Origin: Ramazzottius varieornatus
Taxonomy: Eukaryota > Animalia > Tardigrada
Length of the DNA stretch: 64,000 nt
Direction of reading: 5' to 3'
NCBI GenBank assembly: GCA_001949185.1
Contig: BDGG01000003.1
Span: forward strand, 5,329,092-5,393,091
Each line of letters opens with the position of its first letter. Position 1 is the stretch's first letter. The notes beneath the pieces were generated by a model. It ran no database searches. It was not told the DNA's origin and saw only the letters and a list, made by a program, of their open reading frames with translations. The translations under genes were made by a program, and so were the position numbers. This document shows positions 38,319 through 50,055 of this stretch, one piece after another.

Positions 38319-40008
38319 AATAGCTTCCTCATCGCTCGTCACCAACCGACTCCTGAAGATTGCCGGTACTACCATCTTCTATCCCTTGTCGCGCCTCTTC
38401 AACCTCATCCTGTCTACAGGAAAGTACCCCGCTGCCTGGAAGACCGCCGACGTCGTACCTGTGCCAAAGAAAGGCGGATCAACATTCCGACCAATCTCGC
38501 TCCTCCCTCCCCTGTCAAAGCTGTTTGAAAAAGTTTTGAGTGATCATATAAACTCTTTCCTTGACAGGAACAAGCTGCTGTCCGACACCCAGTACGGATT
38601 TAGGAGGCGCAGGTCGACGGAGATGCAATTATTGCAGATGAGCCATCAGTGGTCGCAAGCGTTGTTGGAACGACAGGAGGTGGACGCTATCTTCCTTGAC
38701 TGTACGAAAGCCTTCGACCGTCTTCCCCACAGCGTCATAGTCGAGAGTCTGGCAAAGCATGGAGTAAACGGTCCACTGAGGTTCCTTCTGAGTGATTACC
38801 TACAAGAAAGGCGGCAGAGAGTTGTGATAGATGGTTTCTTCTCGGAAGAGATAGCGGTAACTTCAGGTGTCCCTCAGGGATCAATCCTTGGTCCACTCTT
38901 CTTCACTATCGCCGTCAATCATCTGTCAAGCAAAGTGAAGTCTCCCGTCTTTCAGTATGCCGACGACATCGTATTGTACCGCATCATTCGAAAGAACGAT
39001 AACTGCGCAGCTCTCCAGCAAGATGTGAACGGTATTACGGAGTGGTGCATCGAGACCGGCCTTGAAGTTAACCCCAGCAAGTTGCAGCATCTTCGGATCT
39101 CCAACAAGCGAACCAGCAACGCAAAGGTAGACGGTGGAAATTACAATTTATCTTCTGTAATTATTCCGTCTGTTACAGAAGCAGAATGCCTCGGAGCCAC
39201 CTTCTCCAGCAAACTCGACTGGACAGCCCAGGTCGACAAAGTCACGGCAAAGTGCAGGAGAAGGCTCTGCGCAATCAAGGGCTTCTTTCCTCGACGATTC
39301 GGCTCCGTCAAGCAGCTGCTCTTCAACAGCCTGGTTCGTTCGGTTATGGACCATGCTTCCTCCTGCTGGCATTCCACGTCAAAGACACTGCAAAGACAGC
39401 TGGAGACCATCCAGAAGAAGTTTCTCCAGAGTATCCGGCTTGGTTCGCTCTTGAATGATGGACATGATCGTGATTTCAAGCAGTACCGCTCACACCTGTC
39501 AGAAGTGGACTGGGAGCCTGTCTGGGAGCTGCGCTGCAAAGGCATTTTGCTGAATGCCTTTAAGATATGGGCTGGTGTATTTACAGGTGGCGACAGCATT
39601 CTCAAGAAAGAGTGATGGAAGGACAGCTCGATTACAAGAAGTCAAGCCAAAGAAATGGTCCTGTCGCCGGTCTCTACAGCTCCACTTTCATCTAGGATGC
39701 TATAGTCCACGCTGGGGTCCTTCGCTTACGTGGCTACAGCCTTGACGAAAGATCCTTTGTTGATCCCTAACCTGAGCCAGTTGCTGTCAGTAGAAGACTT
39801 TACATCCTACCTGACAAACATACGTCGTTCTAGATTTAAATGGAGCAAAGAGAATATCGATCCTTTTTTGTTGGTTTAAAACTGGTAGTATTTTATATGG
39901 CTTGAAATCACTTCATCCCTGTCTCTTCCGGCTCTCTTGCCAAATATTTCTCAAATTTGTCATACTTACGCTTTGCCTGACTAGCTCTCTGACAATAAAG
40001 GTATATAT
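38319..40008 (+). mobile_element. 5'-truncated LINE (CR1/L2-group RT)
   Basis: ORF 38386-39615 has FRPISLL, QYGFR, FLDCTKAFD, GVPQGSILGPLFF and YADD. The 3' end has AATAAA followed by (TA)n. The flanks rejoin as tgcac-ata-cctcac. Confidence 0.95.
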
Positions 40009-40342
40009 ATACCTCACTCGAAATCCAGACGACCTGAAACCCCTTCTCGACCCAGCACTCGAAGAAAGGCATTGGATGAGCTCACAACCGACCAGTTTGC
40101 CGCCTTTTTTGGACTTTGTGAACGTTGTCTGCACGTGAGCAAACTCAAAATTATGCTAAGTACGTTTTGTTGTGGAGCACATTCGAAACCGGTCTGGCTC
40201 AAATAAGGTGTCAGTATCAATACTTGATCCCAACCTACTTTTGGCTTTCACGATGAACTAAGTTACAAGGTGCATGCCATAATCCTTCATCGCCGTCTTC
40301 ATCAGGGGCAAAAAAATCACCTGTAAACATTGAATACTTTAA

Positions 40343-41010
40343 AGTGCCAATGATATGGGACAGGTTTGGGTCCTAGTCAGCGTAAAACAATCCTCGGTCG
40401 CGGTCTTTTCTGACTGAGGCTGGCAACCGGAAACAGCTGATCACTCAGTTACAGTGCTTTCTCGGCCGGGTGTCAGCGAGAGAACATGATTTCTATCCAG
40501 CTGAATTAAACAAAGTTTCATTTTCTGTTGCGCTTCTCCTTTGTTGCTCTAGACATCTTGATACAACCGTTGTGATGGCTCGGAATCATTACTCGGACGC
40601 CGAGAAGCGTAGGATCCTCCAGTTATTCAGGAGGTTAATGCTGGATATCCTCCTCTCAGTGAGGGCGATACTGTTGACGATGACGATAACGTTCTGGACG
40701 TAAGTTTCTGTAAAAACTTCTCCTTTCTTCAGTCTGATGATAGCGAGATTGATGATAGAAATGGTTCTGATAATTCTGACGAGTCTGATGAAGAGATGGA
40801 CGACGAGTAAAGTTTGAATTTATAGAGTATGTGTATGGTACGCTCGAATTAAAATCAAGGTTCGTCGGGCTTTGCTGTCGTTGCTTTTAGAGAACGGGCT
40901 GTATGATGATGAATAAAAGCGAATTACAGCTGAGCCTACTACGTTTGGTCTTTGCCAGGCGGCAGTTTTACACCCACCGGGACCCAAACCTGTCCTATAT
41001 CATTGGCACT
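40343..41010. mobile_element. Non-autonomous TIR element with TTAA flanks (Kolobok-like, or TA-flanked)
   Basis: ttaa|agtgccaatgatatgggacaggtttgggtcc ... ggacccaaacctgtcctatatcattggcact|ttaa. Confidence 0.88.
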
Positions 41011-41821
41011 TTAAGGTAGCAGTGATCCTTAGCTTCAACGCTAGGACTGGCCGATTTATGGAGGAGATGAACGGTAAACGCCGCGAAGACACTCGCGATG
41101 CAGAAGTATCGTAAGTGCAGATGATACATGGTTGCTAACATACGTGTCGTTCAAGAACAACCAAACATCTAACGCAATTAACTGTGGCATATTTCAGTTC
41201 TGTAATTTATATACATTTTACGCCACCATCGGTTTTCACCTCGTACATCGTACACAATGAGGTGACATAATCGGCGCACTACAAAAGGTATATAAAAAGG
41301 CTATATAAGGTATATAAACGAATTACTTTTACCGAATTACGGTACAACGAGTCATAATCGATGTTCTTCCAAACCCCCCACAGAAGCGTCCACGGCAATC
41401 CTAAAAGCCGTTAGACAGGATAACTTATGAATGATCAGAAGCTTTTTTACCGCCTCTTCCGTCTGCAATTCTAAGGGCGTCGCGAAAGTATGAAACGTCA
41501 CGGCATCAGCCGAAGTGCGGGCAGAACCTTCCAAGCATTCCTATGGGTACCGCTCGGTATCACCAGTCAACTTCACGCGCCCTTTACGGTACTTATTCCG
41601 CTGTCAAGACGGCTGACATGCGGAGATATCAGAAAGCGTGGCGCTAGATATCAGGAAGGAGTATTTTGGAAAATCGATTGTATAGCTTCAGCCTTGAGCA
41701 AATGAAGACCAACGGCACGTGTGCATGACAAAACTTCCGTTTTGAACAGTTAGAACAACTAGAGCCTAGAAAATGTTCATCACTTTGCCAAACCACTCTA
41801 AAGACCGGCGCGCTGCACAAT

Positions 41822-42050
41822 TTCTTCTCCGAACATCAGGAAAACAAACTCCTTCCTCGCCTGAGATGGATTGTTGGTGAGTAAGAAGCTGCTTTCCGGA
41901 GGCGACATGGCAGAAAACTCGAGAGTGGTGCCAGCAAAGACGCGTCGACCGGCTGACTTGTCTTTCTCGCTCAAATACCAACCAGCCAACGCACGCATCG
42001 TCGCCAACAAACACTCCGGAATGCAGCGCCGAGTCTCCGTCACTAGATAC
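41822..42050 (-). pseudogene. Duplicated fragment of the Nup93 3' exon
   Basis: Near-identical direct copy of ~52108-52335 (VTETRRCIPEC.LATMRALAGWY.SEKDK...NNPSQ). Confidence 0.9.
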
Positions 42051-42476
42051 TCTAGAACAAGGAAACTTACTTAGTTATGCGTAGCAAGATTCTAAAACAA
42101 CTCTTGCTCCGCGTTTTTTTCGTTTCTTGGAGAATTAATTTCTCTTCAGACTACAACTAACGGCCACTGGACAGTGGCTTGGGTGCATGGGGCGCCGTTG
42201 GCGTTCAGACTTATGACGTGTCTCTTCCTAAGAATGGTAACCATTATTGCACAATCCAGCCGGCATGAGTAATAGTTACAAATCAGAAGTCAGATGATCA
42301 CGCCTTTGGCTATGGACATATCCGAATACAATTGATATTTGTAATTTGTGGTCTACGCTTTGATTTTTGTGCCCTGCAAAAGTCCCTTCTAATTAATCTT
42401 TCAGTTTAATTGAGAAGAATTATTCCTGCAGTTCCGCCTGACGGTCCATCCTGTGAAACGTGCTGGATAATCCCGT

Positions 42477-43634
42477 ATGTCATCAAGGAACATGGCAGCA
42501 AGAAAGTATGGAGAGTTCGTGCTAAATATTTTGCTTGCCGTGGTCGCTATTTGCCAAAGCATCTCCACACTTACCTCCGAACGGAAGGTTCCCAGTTCTG
42601 TGAAAGGTAACATAACAGTCTGCACCTACGTGAGGGACGGCATGCCTCATGTCCTTGAGTGGATTGAGTTCCATCGACTGCAAGGTGTTGACAAGTTCCT
42701 CCTTTACGACGATGGCAGTGTCGACACGACAGCCTCACTTGGATGGCTTTACAGGAACCACGAACGACATCTGCAAACAATGGTCGAAGTGTATCCCTCA
42801 AACCAGGACCGCTGGAACATGCTGCCAGACGATGAGCGGTCATATCATAACGACAATCAGCTCCTGGCACTCAATCACTGCAACAAACGCAGTGCAAACC
42901 GGACTAGGTGGTTACTGAATATCGACGTGGATGAATTTGTTTATTCGCCTCAGCCAAACTCAACCCTTTGGGACTTTCTGCAGGGCCACTCAAATCTAAC
43001 AACACGCCAGCCGACTTATCCCTCAAATGAAACTGTTGCACAGTTTTATTTTCAAGTGGTGCGCTTTGGAAGCAACGGCAGACAGAGGGATGTTCGTGGA
43101 GAAATTGACTTGAATCCTCACATTGCACAGCATTTTCTGCACTCAGTAGATTATGTCAGCAGAGCCGAACAGAGTTTACACATGAATCTCAACCCAAAGA
43201 GGGCGCCACACCAGGATTTGGACAATGACTACAAGGCGCTTTTTCGCAGAGTGTGTGAATCAGTTATCAATGCCTCCTACGACGAAGACTGCTCTCATGC
43301 AAATGGGAAAGCCATCTGGATTCCCGACAGGTGTGCGAAAGCCGGCGTGCATTGGTGCGAAGTGCTCGAAGGCTCCAGCAGAGATGTTCCACTGGAGCAG
43401 ATGCGCATTGATCATTACCCATTCCAGACCAAAGAGCACGTCGAAAAGTTGATTCCTAGTATCAAAAGTATTAAAGGTCGCGTATATAAAACGTTTGATG
43501 CCATTTGGTTTTCCCTTGTGCCCGACAACACCAGCGCGTTTCTCTTACAACGCTTGGTGGATAGGCTGCTTAATATCCCGGGCTATATCGGATCTGAGCA
43601 AAACTGTTCAATTCTTGTCCCTGCTGATCCATAA
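42477..43634 (+). CDS. Intronless GT-A glycosyltransferase (GT92/DUF23 or Glyco_tranf_2_4-like)
   Basis: 385-aa ORF with an N-terminal TM. Motifs VCTYVRD, EWIEFHRLQGVDKFLLYDDGSVD, QLLALNHC, WLLNIDVDEF, GKAI..P...GVH, RIDHY. Confidence 0.9.
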   Translation: MSSRNMAARKYGEFVLNILLAVVAICQSISTLTSERKVPSSVKGNITVCTYVRDGMPHVLEWIEFHRLQGVDKFLLYDDGSVDTTASLGWLYRNHERHLQTMVEVYPSNQDRWNMLPDDERSYHNDNQLLALNHCNKRSANRTRWLLNIDVDEFVYSPQPNSTLWDFLQGHSNLTTRQPTYPSNETVAQFYFQVVRFGSNGRQRDVRGEIDLNPHIAQHFLHSVDYVSRAEQSLHMNLNPKRAPHQDLDNDYKALFRRVCESVINASYDEDCSHANGKAIWIPDRCAKAGVHWCEVLEGSSRDVPLEQMRIDHYPFQTKEHVEKLIPSIKSIKGRVYKTFDAIWFSLVPDNTSAFLLQRLVDRLLNIPGYIGSEQNCSILVPADP

Positions 43635-43910
43635 ATGTTCTCCTGGACCTAGGAGCCCCATCTCTCAATTTAGTCTTCTCGCAGGCAGTAATAACAGTGT
43701 GGCACACTATTGCTTTGCGAATCACCCCACTGCAGGACAATGTCCGCATATGCGCAGAGCCAAAGATAAGGGGGATGGGTTGCAATGTTAGCTGGTCCAT
43801 ATCGTGTTCATCACGTTAGCCACTGATGTGTGTTGCATCGCTATATTGATTTACCTGATTGTCAGTTCAGGCCTTACCTGCAAAGTCGACGGTTTGCCGA
43901 ATTGATGAAA

Positions 43911-44059
43911 TACTGTAAATATTCGCTGCGTCCACGCAGTACGTACATATACGTGACGATACACCCTCATAGGGGGTTGCGCAATCCGTGAAACTGGACC
44001 GGGGCTGTACTTCACTTGTACGATGACGTACTGCGCGGACGCAGCAAATATTTACAGTA
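43911..44059. mobile_element. TA-flanked MITE
   Basis: tactgtaaatattcgctgcgtccacgcagtacgt / acgtactgcgcggacgcagcaaatatttacagta. Confidence 0.85.
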
Positions 44060-45255
44060 CTTGGCTCTCCTTAAACCATAAGGTGCGAGCAACAAGTGCG
44101 ACTAACACCGTTCAATAGCTCGTTGTTCCGCTAGGGCCTCACTGAAAACTTTTGGGCATAAGACGGAAAACACGTTGGAAATTTGACGACTAACTTACTA
44201 CTGCGATATGGGCTGGCTAATTCAACAGCCAGTTCCTCGTAGCCTGTGTAGTGCTGCTAAACCTCGTTACCAATGTCTGTCTGAGCATGGTGAGCCAAAG
44301 CGCGAAAAGAGGACATCAGGCCGTGAAAATGGCGTAGCAACGACCCGGGAACTGGAAGTCATCGTGTCGAATGCGATAACGTTGCTCGTTCGATATACGA
44401 GACGGGACAAAACACCCAATCAATCTGCTGCGTCTCGGATCAAAGCTGCGTGAGTGGTAGATCGACTGATCGGGCTGTTTAGTCAAATTCACAGCGATCA
44501 TGCATTTCGTCATGACTAACTATTAATGGTATCAGCCTCGCATTATGCAGCTTGATGGAGTTAATGGAGAACTTGATAATGTGCTGCTCTAGCAACACCA
44601 GCTGTAACAGCACATCAGTGCTCGTAACTTTAGCCGGTTGACGCAACGTTTTGCAAAACTGGGAGAATTAAAGGCCAGTATTTAACCTGACTGGCCATAT
44701 TCGTCAATATCTGTGTAGTCGTAGTTTCACACAGACTGGAAGTGTTGAGCCCAAAAGTCTCATCTTACCTACTGGATGAGGCACGAGATACGAGATGGTA
44801 CCGAGTTTCATCAGTTACAGTCGTAAAAGCGATTACTGTATTTGAATCACCAGTTAATGTACAGCGCCGGAAGTGCAACACATTCCATTCCATGACTTTT
44901 ATCGGGATTTTCACTTGGACCTCCGTTGAAACTGAGGTCTTATGATTGGTACTTATTCCCAACTGGAAGGCGGGAAAAAATGCCAAATGGAAGATCGGGA
45001 AGTGGGCATTTTTACACTGCGGTGTAATGCTTTGGCTGATGCAATCTTGATTGTAAAAAGGTCACTGCGACCAGTCCAAGCAATATGATTATCCAGAACG
45101 TCGAGCGGTGCTGCGAGAGATAACTAAAAATATAAATTAGGACGCCGACAGGTACAAGGCCTGTACAAGATAGTTTTCAAGGAAGTTGAGGTAGACGCCG
45201 CCGGTGTATTGTTGATAAGTCCTTCTCGAGTGTGGCCATAACTTGCCTGGCTAAC

Positions 45256-46160
45256 TCACGGTAACGGACAAGTGCCGAACTCCACCTGGAAGGAAAGTGT
45301 AGCACAGCGTTAGGTTAGTATCCCACGCTGTATAATGGGCGAACTTGTACAGGCAAAGCACGGAATGACTTACAGTGAAAGTGAAAGTGTTGCTGGTTAC
45401 ACCGCGGGCATCTATGCAGTACCCTTCATATGTCTGCCGCAGAGTCATTGCTCCATCATCGATCAGATTGACATTAGGGAGATTTTGAGCACCGATGAAG
45501 GCGACACCATTTGGGTCGATCTCAACGAACGGCTGGTCTATGATGGTTTTGGGATCAGTCACTGGTGGATTGTTGTCGAGTTGTGACGAGATGACGGTGA
45601 TCGTCACTGGGGTCTGACCTCCACCTCCGGTGTTGCAGAACAATGGTTTCGTAGAACCAGTCGTCTGAAACCGGCAATTGTACCAACGTCCATTACATAT
45701 TGTGCACCTTCAGTCATTGCGTGCTTGTAGATCAGAATGTCATTGGGAAAAGCAAGCTTACGTTGAGAGTCAGGCAAGGAATGGCATCGCTCTGCACGTA
45801 ATTGCAAGACAGCGTAATAGTGTCCGGAAAACTAGCAACGTTGAAAGTTAATTCGCAGGTTCCGTTGATGACTGACGACACTTCATTACACTGGCATGTA
45901 CCGCTGACGCACTCGGTATTGGTATCTGCAAGGACAGAAAGTAAGAGAGAAATTGCAGGAAATCAGACGGGATGCATACCATGGCAGGGAATGCCCTCCA
46001 GCTTGCAAGGACATCCCAGGCTGGCGTTTCTCTGGGCTGCCGGACAACCCTTGACGGTTGAGGTGGCAAAAGGTCGTACAGCGAATCCATCTAGAGTGAC
46101 CATGTAACAGGCGCACAGCAACAGCGCGACGGGTATACAGTGGCTTAAGAGGAACTTCAT
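45256..46160 (-). CDS. Secreted Cys-rich protein (EB/EGF-like module plus beta-rich domain), 4 exons
   Basis: Signal peptide MKFLLSHCIPVALLLCAC. GT-AG splicing gives an open frame: LGCPC..C/DTNTECVSGTCQC...NGTC...CLTLN/TTGSTKPLFC...TFTFT/VEFGTCPLP*. Confidence 0.75.
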
Positions 46161-47420
46161 CCTTGCACAGATCTCGATACTCTTCAGCTGGAAAGTCGAC
46201 ACTTCCACCAGTCTGAAACAGCTTCTTTACTAAACGCGTCCTCTGTTCAACTGTCTTTAAGTATATAATGTCCTAAGCATCGGCTTGCACTTGTCCACTT
46301 CTCGTTCTGCAACTTGACCATATCCTAACGGACATCAGCACGACCGCGATAAAGTCCGTTCTGATACACGATTGAGCATGGTCAACGGTTGCCGACGCTG
46401 GCCACAGGTCAGCGATACGGCCAGCGTGCGTCGACCTTCAGCTGCTGTGGATGCTTCTTCTCGGACCGCGATTTCTCTTCAGCTATGAAGAGCCACTGAA
46501 CTGCTTGTTCCTCAAGCTCGAACCAGCATGCTGCGCAGGTGGAAATTCTATTCACTTTTATCGTACGCTGGGGCGACTTTTACAGTCTTACTGCGATGTA
46601 TAGTGTATTTTGACTTGATTGTGGAGTCAGTACGCACAAACTGGCTAGATTATTTAGCAGTAGTCCCTAGAAGCAATAATACGAACTGGGCTACTGGGAC
46701 AAGGTCTGTCTGCATCGAAGGTGGGAAATATGTGTGGTGTTGAGGTGTTGAAATTCGCAGCGGTGTCCGAATCATGTTAGAGAGCGCCAGCCTCAGACAA
46801 GGAGGGTTGAGCGCACGTCTTCATTTGTACGGCTTTTCGTGTCGCCCACAGGTGACAGAGTGGTAACTGGCAGTTGACATACCGGAAGCCGTAGTCGTAC
46901 TTAAGCGCTCAATTCCGCTGCTGTAATGTTATTCTTCGCAAACATCTGCACCCGTAGGTGGCCAAATCAGAGGCTCGGGACGAGGTGACTGCTGATGTAG
47001 TCTGAAGTTACTGCTGACGTAAGGATCTTTCGCAGTATAGCTTTAAGGTCTCAATATCGTTAGCTCGCCTTGAATGGTTGATACATTCTGCGAGCAACAG
47101 AAATCGATAGAGATGTTTATTCGATGGCGTAAATGGCCGATTTTATAGCCGTAAACCAGCTATTTCTACACAGCCATACAACCGCCGAACCAATGGCTAG
47201 GGCGAACAAACGGTGTGTATGTTATGGTTTGTGGGAGAGCCAAACAAGTTCAGTTACGTCTTCCGCAGCGGCCATTTATGTTAGGTCTAGCAATAGTTAT
47301 GTCGCGGTGGTTCATAGGTCAATCCACCGTCTTGTGGTGCGGTTAAAGTGGTTCCTAATGGTTCACGGCTCCGACGGCTCGCATGGCGCTTCCGCGGGAT
47401 CACAAGTACTGATGGGGGTG

Positions 47421-47938
47421 TTAGGTGGTGGCAGGGGGGGCAGTGGTGGTAGGGGGGGCAGTGGTGGTAGGGGGGGCAGTGGTGGTAGGGGGGGCAGTGG
47501 TGGTAGGGGGGGCAGTGGTGGTAGGGGGGGCAGTGGTGGTAGGGGGGGCAGTGGTGGTAGGTTTAGTTGTGGTTTGTTGTCCGCCTAATATCATCAAAAA
47601 CAACTCCGCTCTTGTTCCAGCCGCCAAAGATCATTGTAACGTCAAAATGAAATGGGGTCAAGGGTGTCTGACTTACCGATGGTCGATGGGCCTGTTGCCG
47701 GTAGAGTTGGGCGAGTCGTGGCTGGCGATCCTGCTAACGTCGTACGTGTTAGAGGTGTTCGGGTCGGCACGGTGTTATAACGCCCTTTGTTACGATGCCC
47801 TTTTTGTTCTAATTTTACGGGGGATGACTGCCGGGCTTTTCCAGCATGTGGGGATTTTTGACGAGCTTCATCAGCGTTTGCATAGTGCAGGCATGCGATA
47901 ACACTCAAGACGAGGACAACCAAGACTATGGCCCTCAT
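47421..47938 (-). CDS. Small secreted mucin-like protein with (TTTAPP)7, 2 exons
   Basis: Signal peptide MRAIVLVVLVLSVIACLHYANA, basic segment, T/P-rich segment, intron gtaag...ttag (~47585-47676), then the repeat exon. Confidence 0.8.
47426..47561. repeat. 18-bp coding minisatellite (ggtggtagggggggcagt) x7
   Basis: Near-perfect tandem units, each with a G7 run. Confidence 0.97.
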
Positions 47939-50055
47939 TTTGCCACCTGTCAACTATGACAGCAGATGCAGAAATCTAAGACAAACAACGAGATTTCGAC
48001 TTAACGTGGCTTAACCGCCAAAATACTTGCTGGAATGAATGCTGGATATTGGTACTATTTAAACTCAGATGGAACTTTCTGGGTTTATATACGACGGATG
48101 AGCGGCAGATGATACGCTTTACACTTGACAAGAAGGAAGTGGCAAACAAGCGCAGTTTTCCTGAGGCGAGGCAAACTGCGTTAGCCACCAACTTTCGAAG
48201 AGACTTCCAAACCTGCCGTACATGGTGTCAATCAAAGGGTTATATCACGCGGAAGAATTTTGTGCCTTGTTTTACCATTTTGATATTTTTGATGCCTACT
48301 TCCGTCTTGCCAAAAATCGCTTGTGAAATCAAGTTTCGGTGACCTTCGCTCTGTTTTATTCAATCTGCGCGAAGAGTACGGTCCGAGGAAACTGCAGTAT
48401 GGCTGAAGTGAGTACCGCAGCTGACAACACGACAGGATTTACTCGACTTGCGACGCAGAATTCATTTGAGAGTACCGAAACCTGTTGCGCATATATCGGG
48501 TTTTTTTACGGCTGAAGTCTCATTTGAATTGTAATCAACGTAACGTTTACGATCGAGGATTTTCACTAGTTTTAAGCATCATTGTCCAGATCGGTGTTGC
48601 ACGTGGACATTTGTTGCGACCGACGCAGCAGAAAAAGCTCTCTGAATCTCTGGTCAAGGTCAAGTTTACTGCCGCATCACAGAAGAGAAACGCCATCCGG
48701 CGACAACGTAGCTGGTCTTGGCGAAGCGCAGACTTTTACTTTGGACAGGTGAGTAGCAGTGCAAACGAATGACCAGCGATAACTTTGGTCAGCTGTTGCG
48801 GCAGAAGCGGAAACTGTGCCAAAAAGCTCAGCGATGCTCGCCACCCGAATGCCACCGCGCAGTCAAGATATGTGGCCACCGTTGTTCTGCCAACCGGATA
48901 CTGTACAATACGGCTGCTCCTTCAAGTGTCAATATTCCATGCCAACTGCACGCGGCACGATTTGTGCGTCAGATGCCTGCAGATCAGTTTGACACAGATG
49001 TTGGCTGTACCAAGTGCCGACGCAGAAAACGGTGTGACCACCCTGAACCGACCATGAACAACGCGTAGCCAAATGGGCAAAGCCCAAGCGACGTCTATGG
49101 CAAATGTGCTTGACCGATGCAGTTATCTTGCGCTCATATTCTTGATGGGTGCAAATTGCCCATCTTTTGTCACGTCTTCTCTGCAACCTCAGATGCGTTT
49201 TGGTAGGGATAATACGTTCGATCGGTGTTATCGAAGACTCTTGTTAACGTTGAACGAAGTCGGAAATTGTCACTAGAGCCGATGGATGTTCTGAGGAGCT
49301 CGATGGAACGATGCTTCGGTTAGTCGATACTCGTCCGGCTGCTCGACTTGTGCGCGATATAATATTGCCGACGCCGGACGGTCGGTCTTGTGGTTAGTCA
49401 ACGCTCGTAGTCAGCGACTGAATGTCGGCGGGGTCGACAGTTTGTCCAGGCTGACAATCAGGTCGAGTACGAGGTTCCTATTTGATCATTGCTCACCAGT
49501 GTGCATCAAAGCATTTTGTACTTCGGTCTGGTTGCATCAAATCGGTAAGCCAGAGTTCTTGCCAAGATGAGAGACGAACAAAGCCAAAGCCATCGAACAA
49601 CGATAACTTAGGTTATGAAAGCCTCTCTGGCTGTTTTTCCATACAATACATACGTCGTTCGAGTAACGGAAGAACAATGGGACCAAGATAAAAGTACAAG
49701 CAGTAAGCTCGTTATACGGCTATACTAAAATATGGAACGCAACGGAATTAAGATCAACAGACAGAATCTTTGAGCTTGAACATCTTGTCAAGGAAGTCCG
49801 GAAAGTGTGGAGCCGGTGTCAATTGAGCGTATTTCATCAGGGCTTCGAACTTTAGTAGGAAGCTTTCCTGTAACACAGAAACAACACCGGTTTTAGCAAA
49901 CGCCCCATGTACGGATACTCTCACCATACAAGTGGCAACATCCCTAACGAAATACCTGTAAAACTACATGAAAAATGACCCACAAGGCTAGCAAAGGTTT
50001 TGCCGCTCTGATAATTACATATGTATTTACTCATGTTTGTCTTTTCATTGATGTA

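Larger units (their letters stand above)
35790..40090 (-). pseudogene. Intronless CASD1/PC-esterase-like (SGNH-type O-acetyltransferase/esterase) pseudogene split by a LINE and a hAT
   Basis: After removing both inserts it reads ECWVEKG...WISSEVCAVPRYNY, VLMGDSRIRQL, PDQIVIGAGVW, DDTPDGLHVG, *ILLNLLYN...TSCC. These match the CASD1 ectodomain pattern (GDS...DxxH...LLN..CN...CC). Several stops. Confidence 0.8.

Noticed and set aside
47133-47901. Plus-strand ORFs with (GGRGGS)n and (GGAVVV)n
   Set aside because: Shadow frames of the 18-bp repeat. The minus strand has the signal peptide and splice sites.
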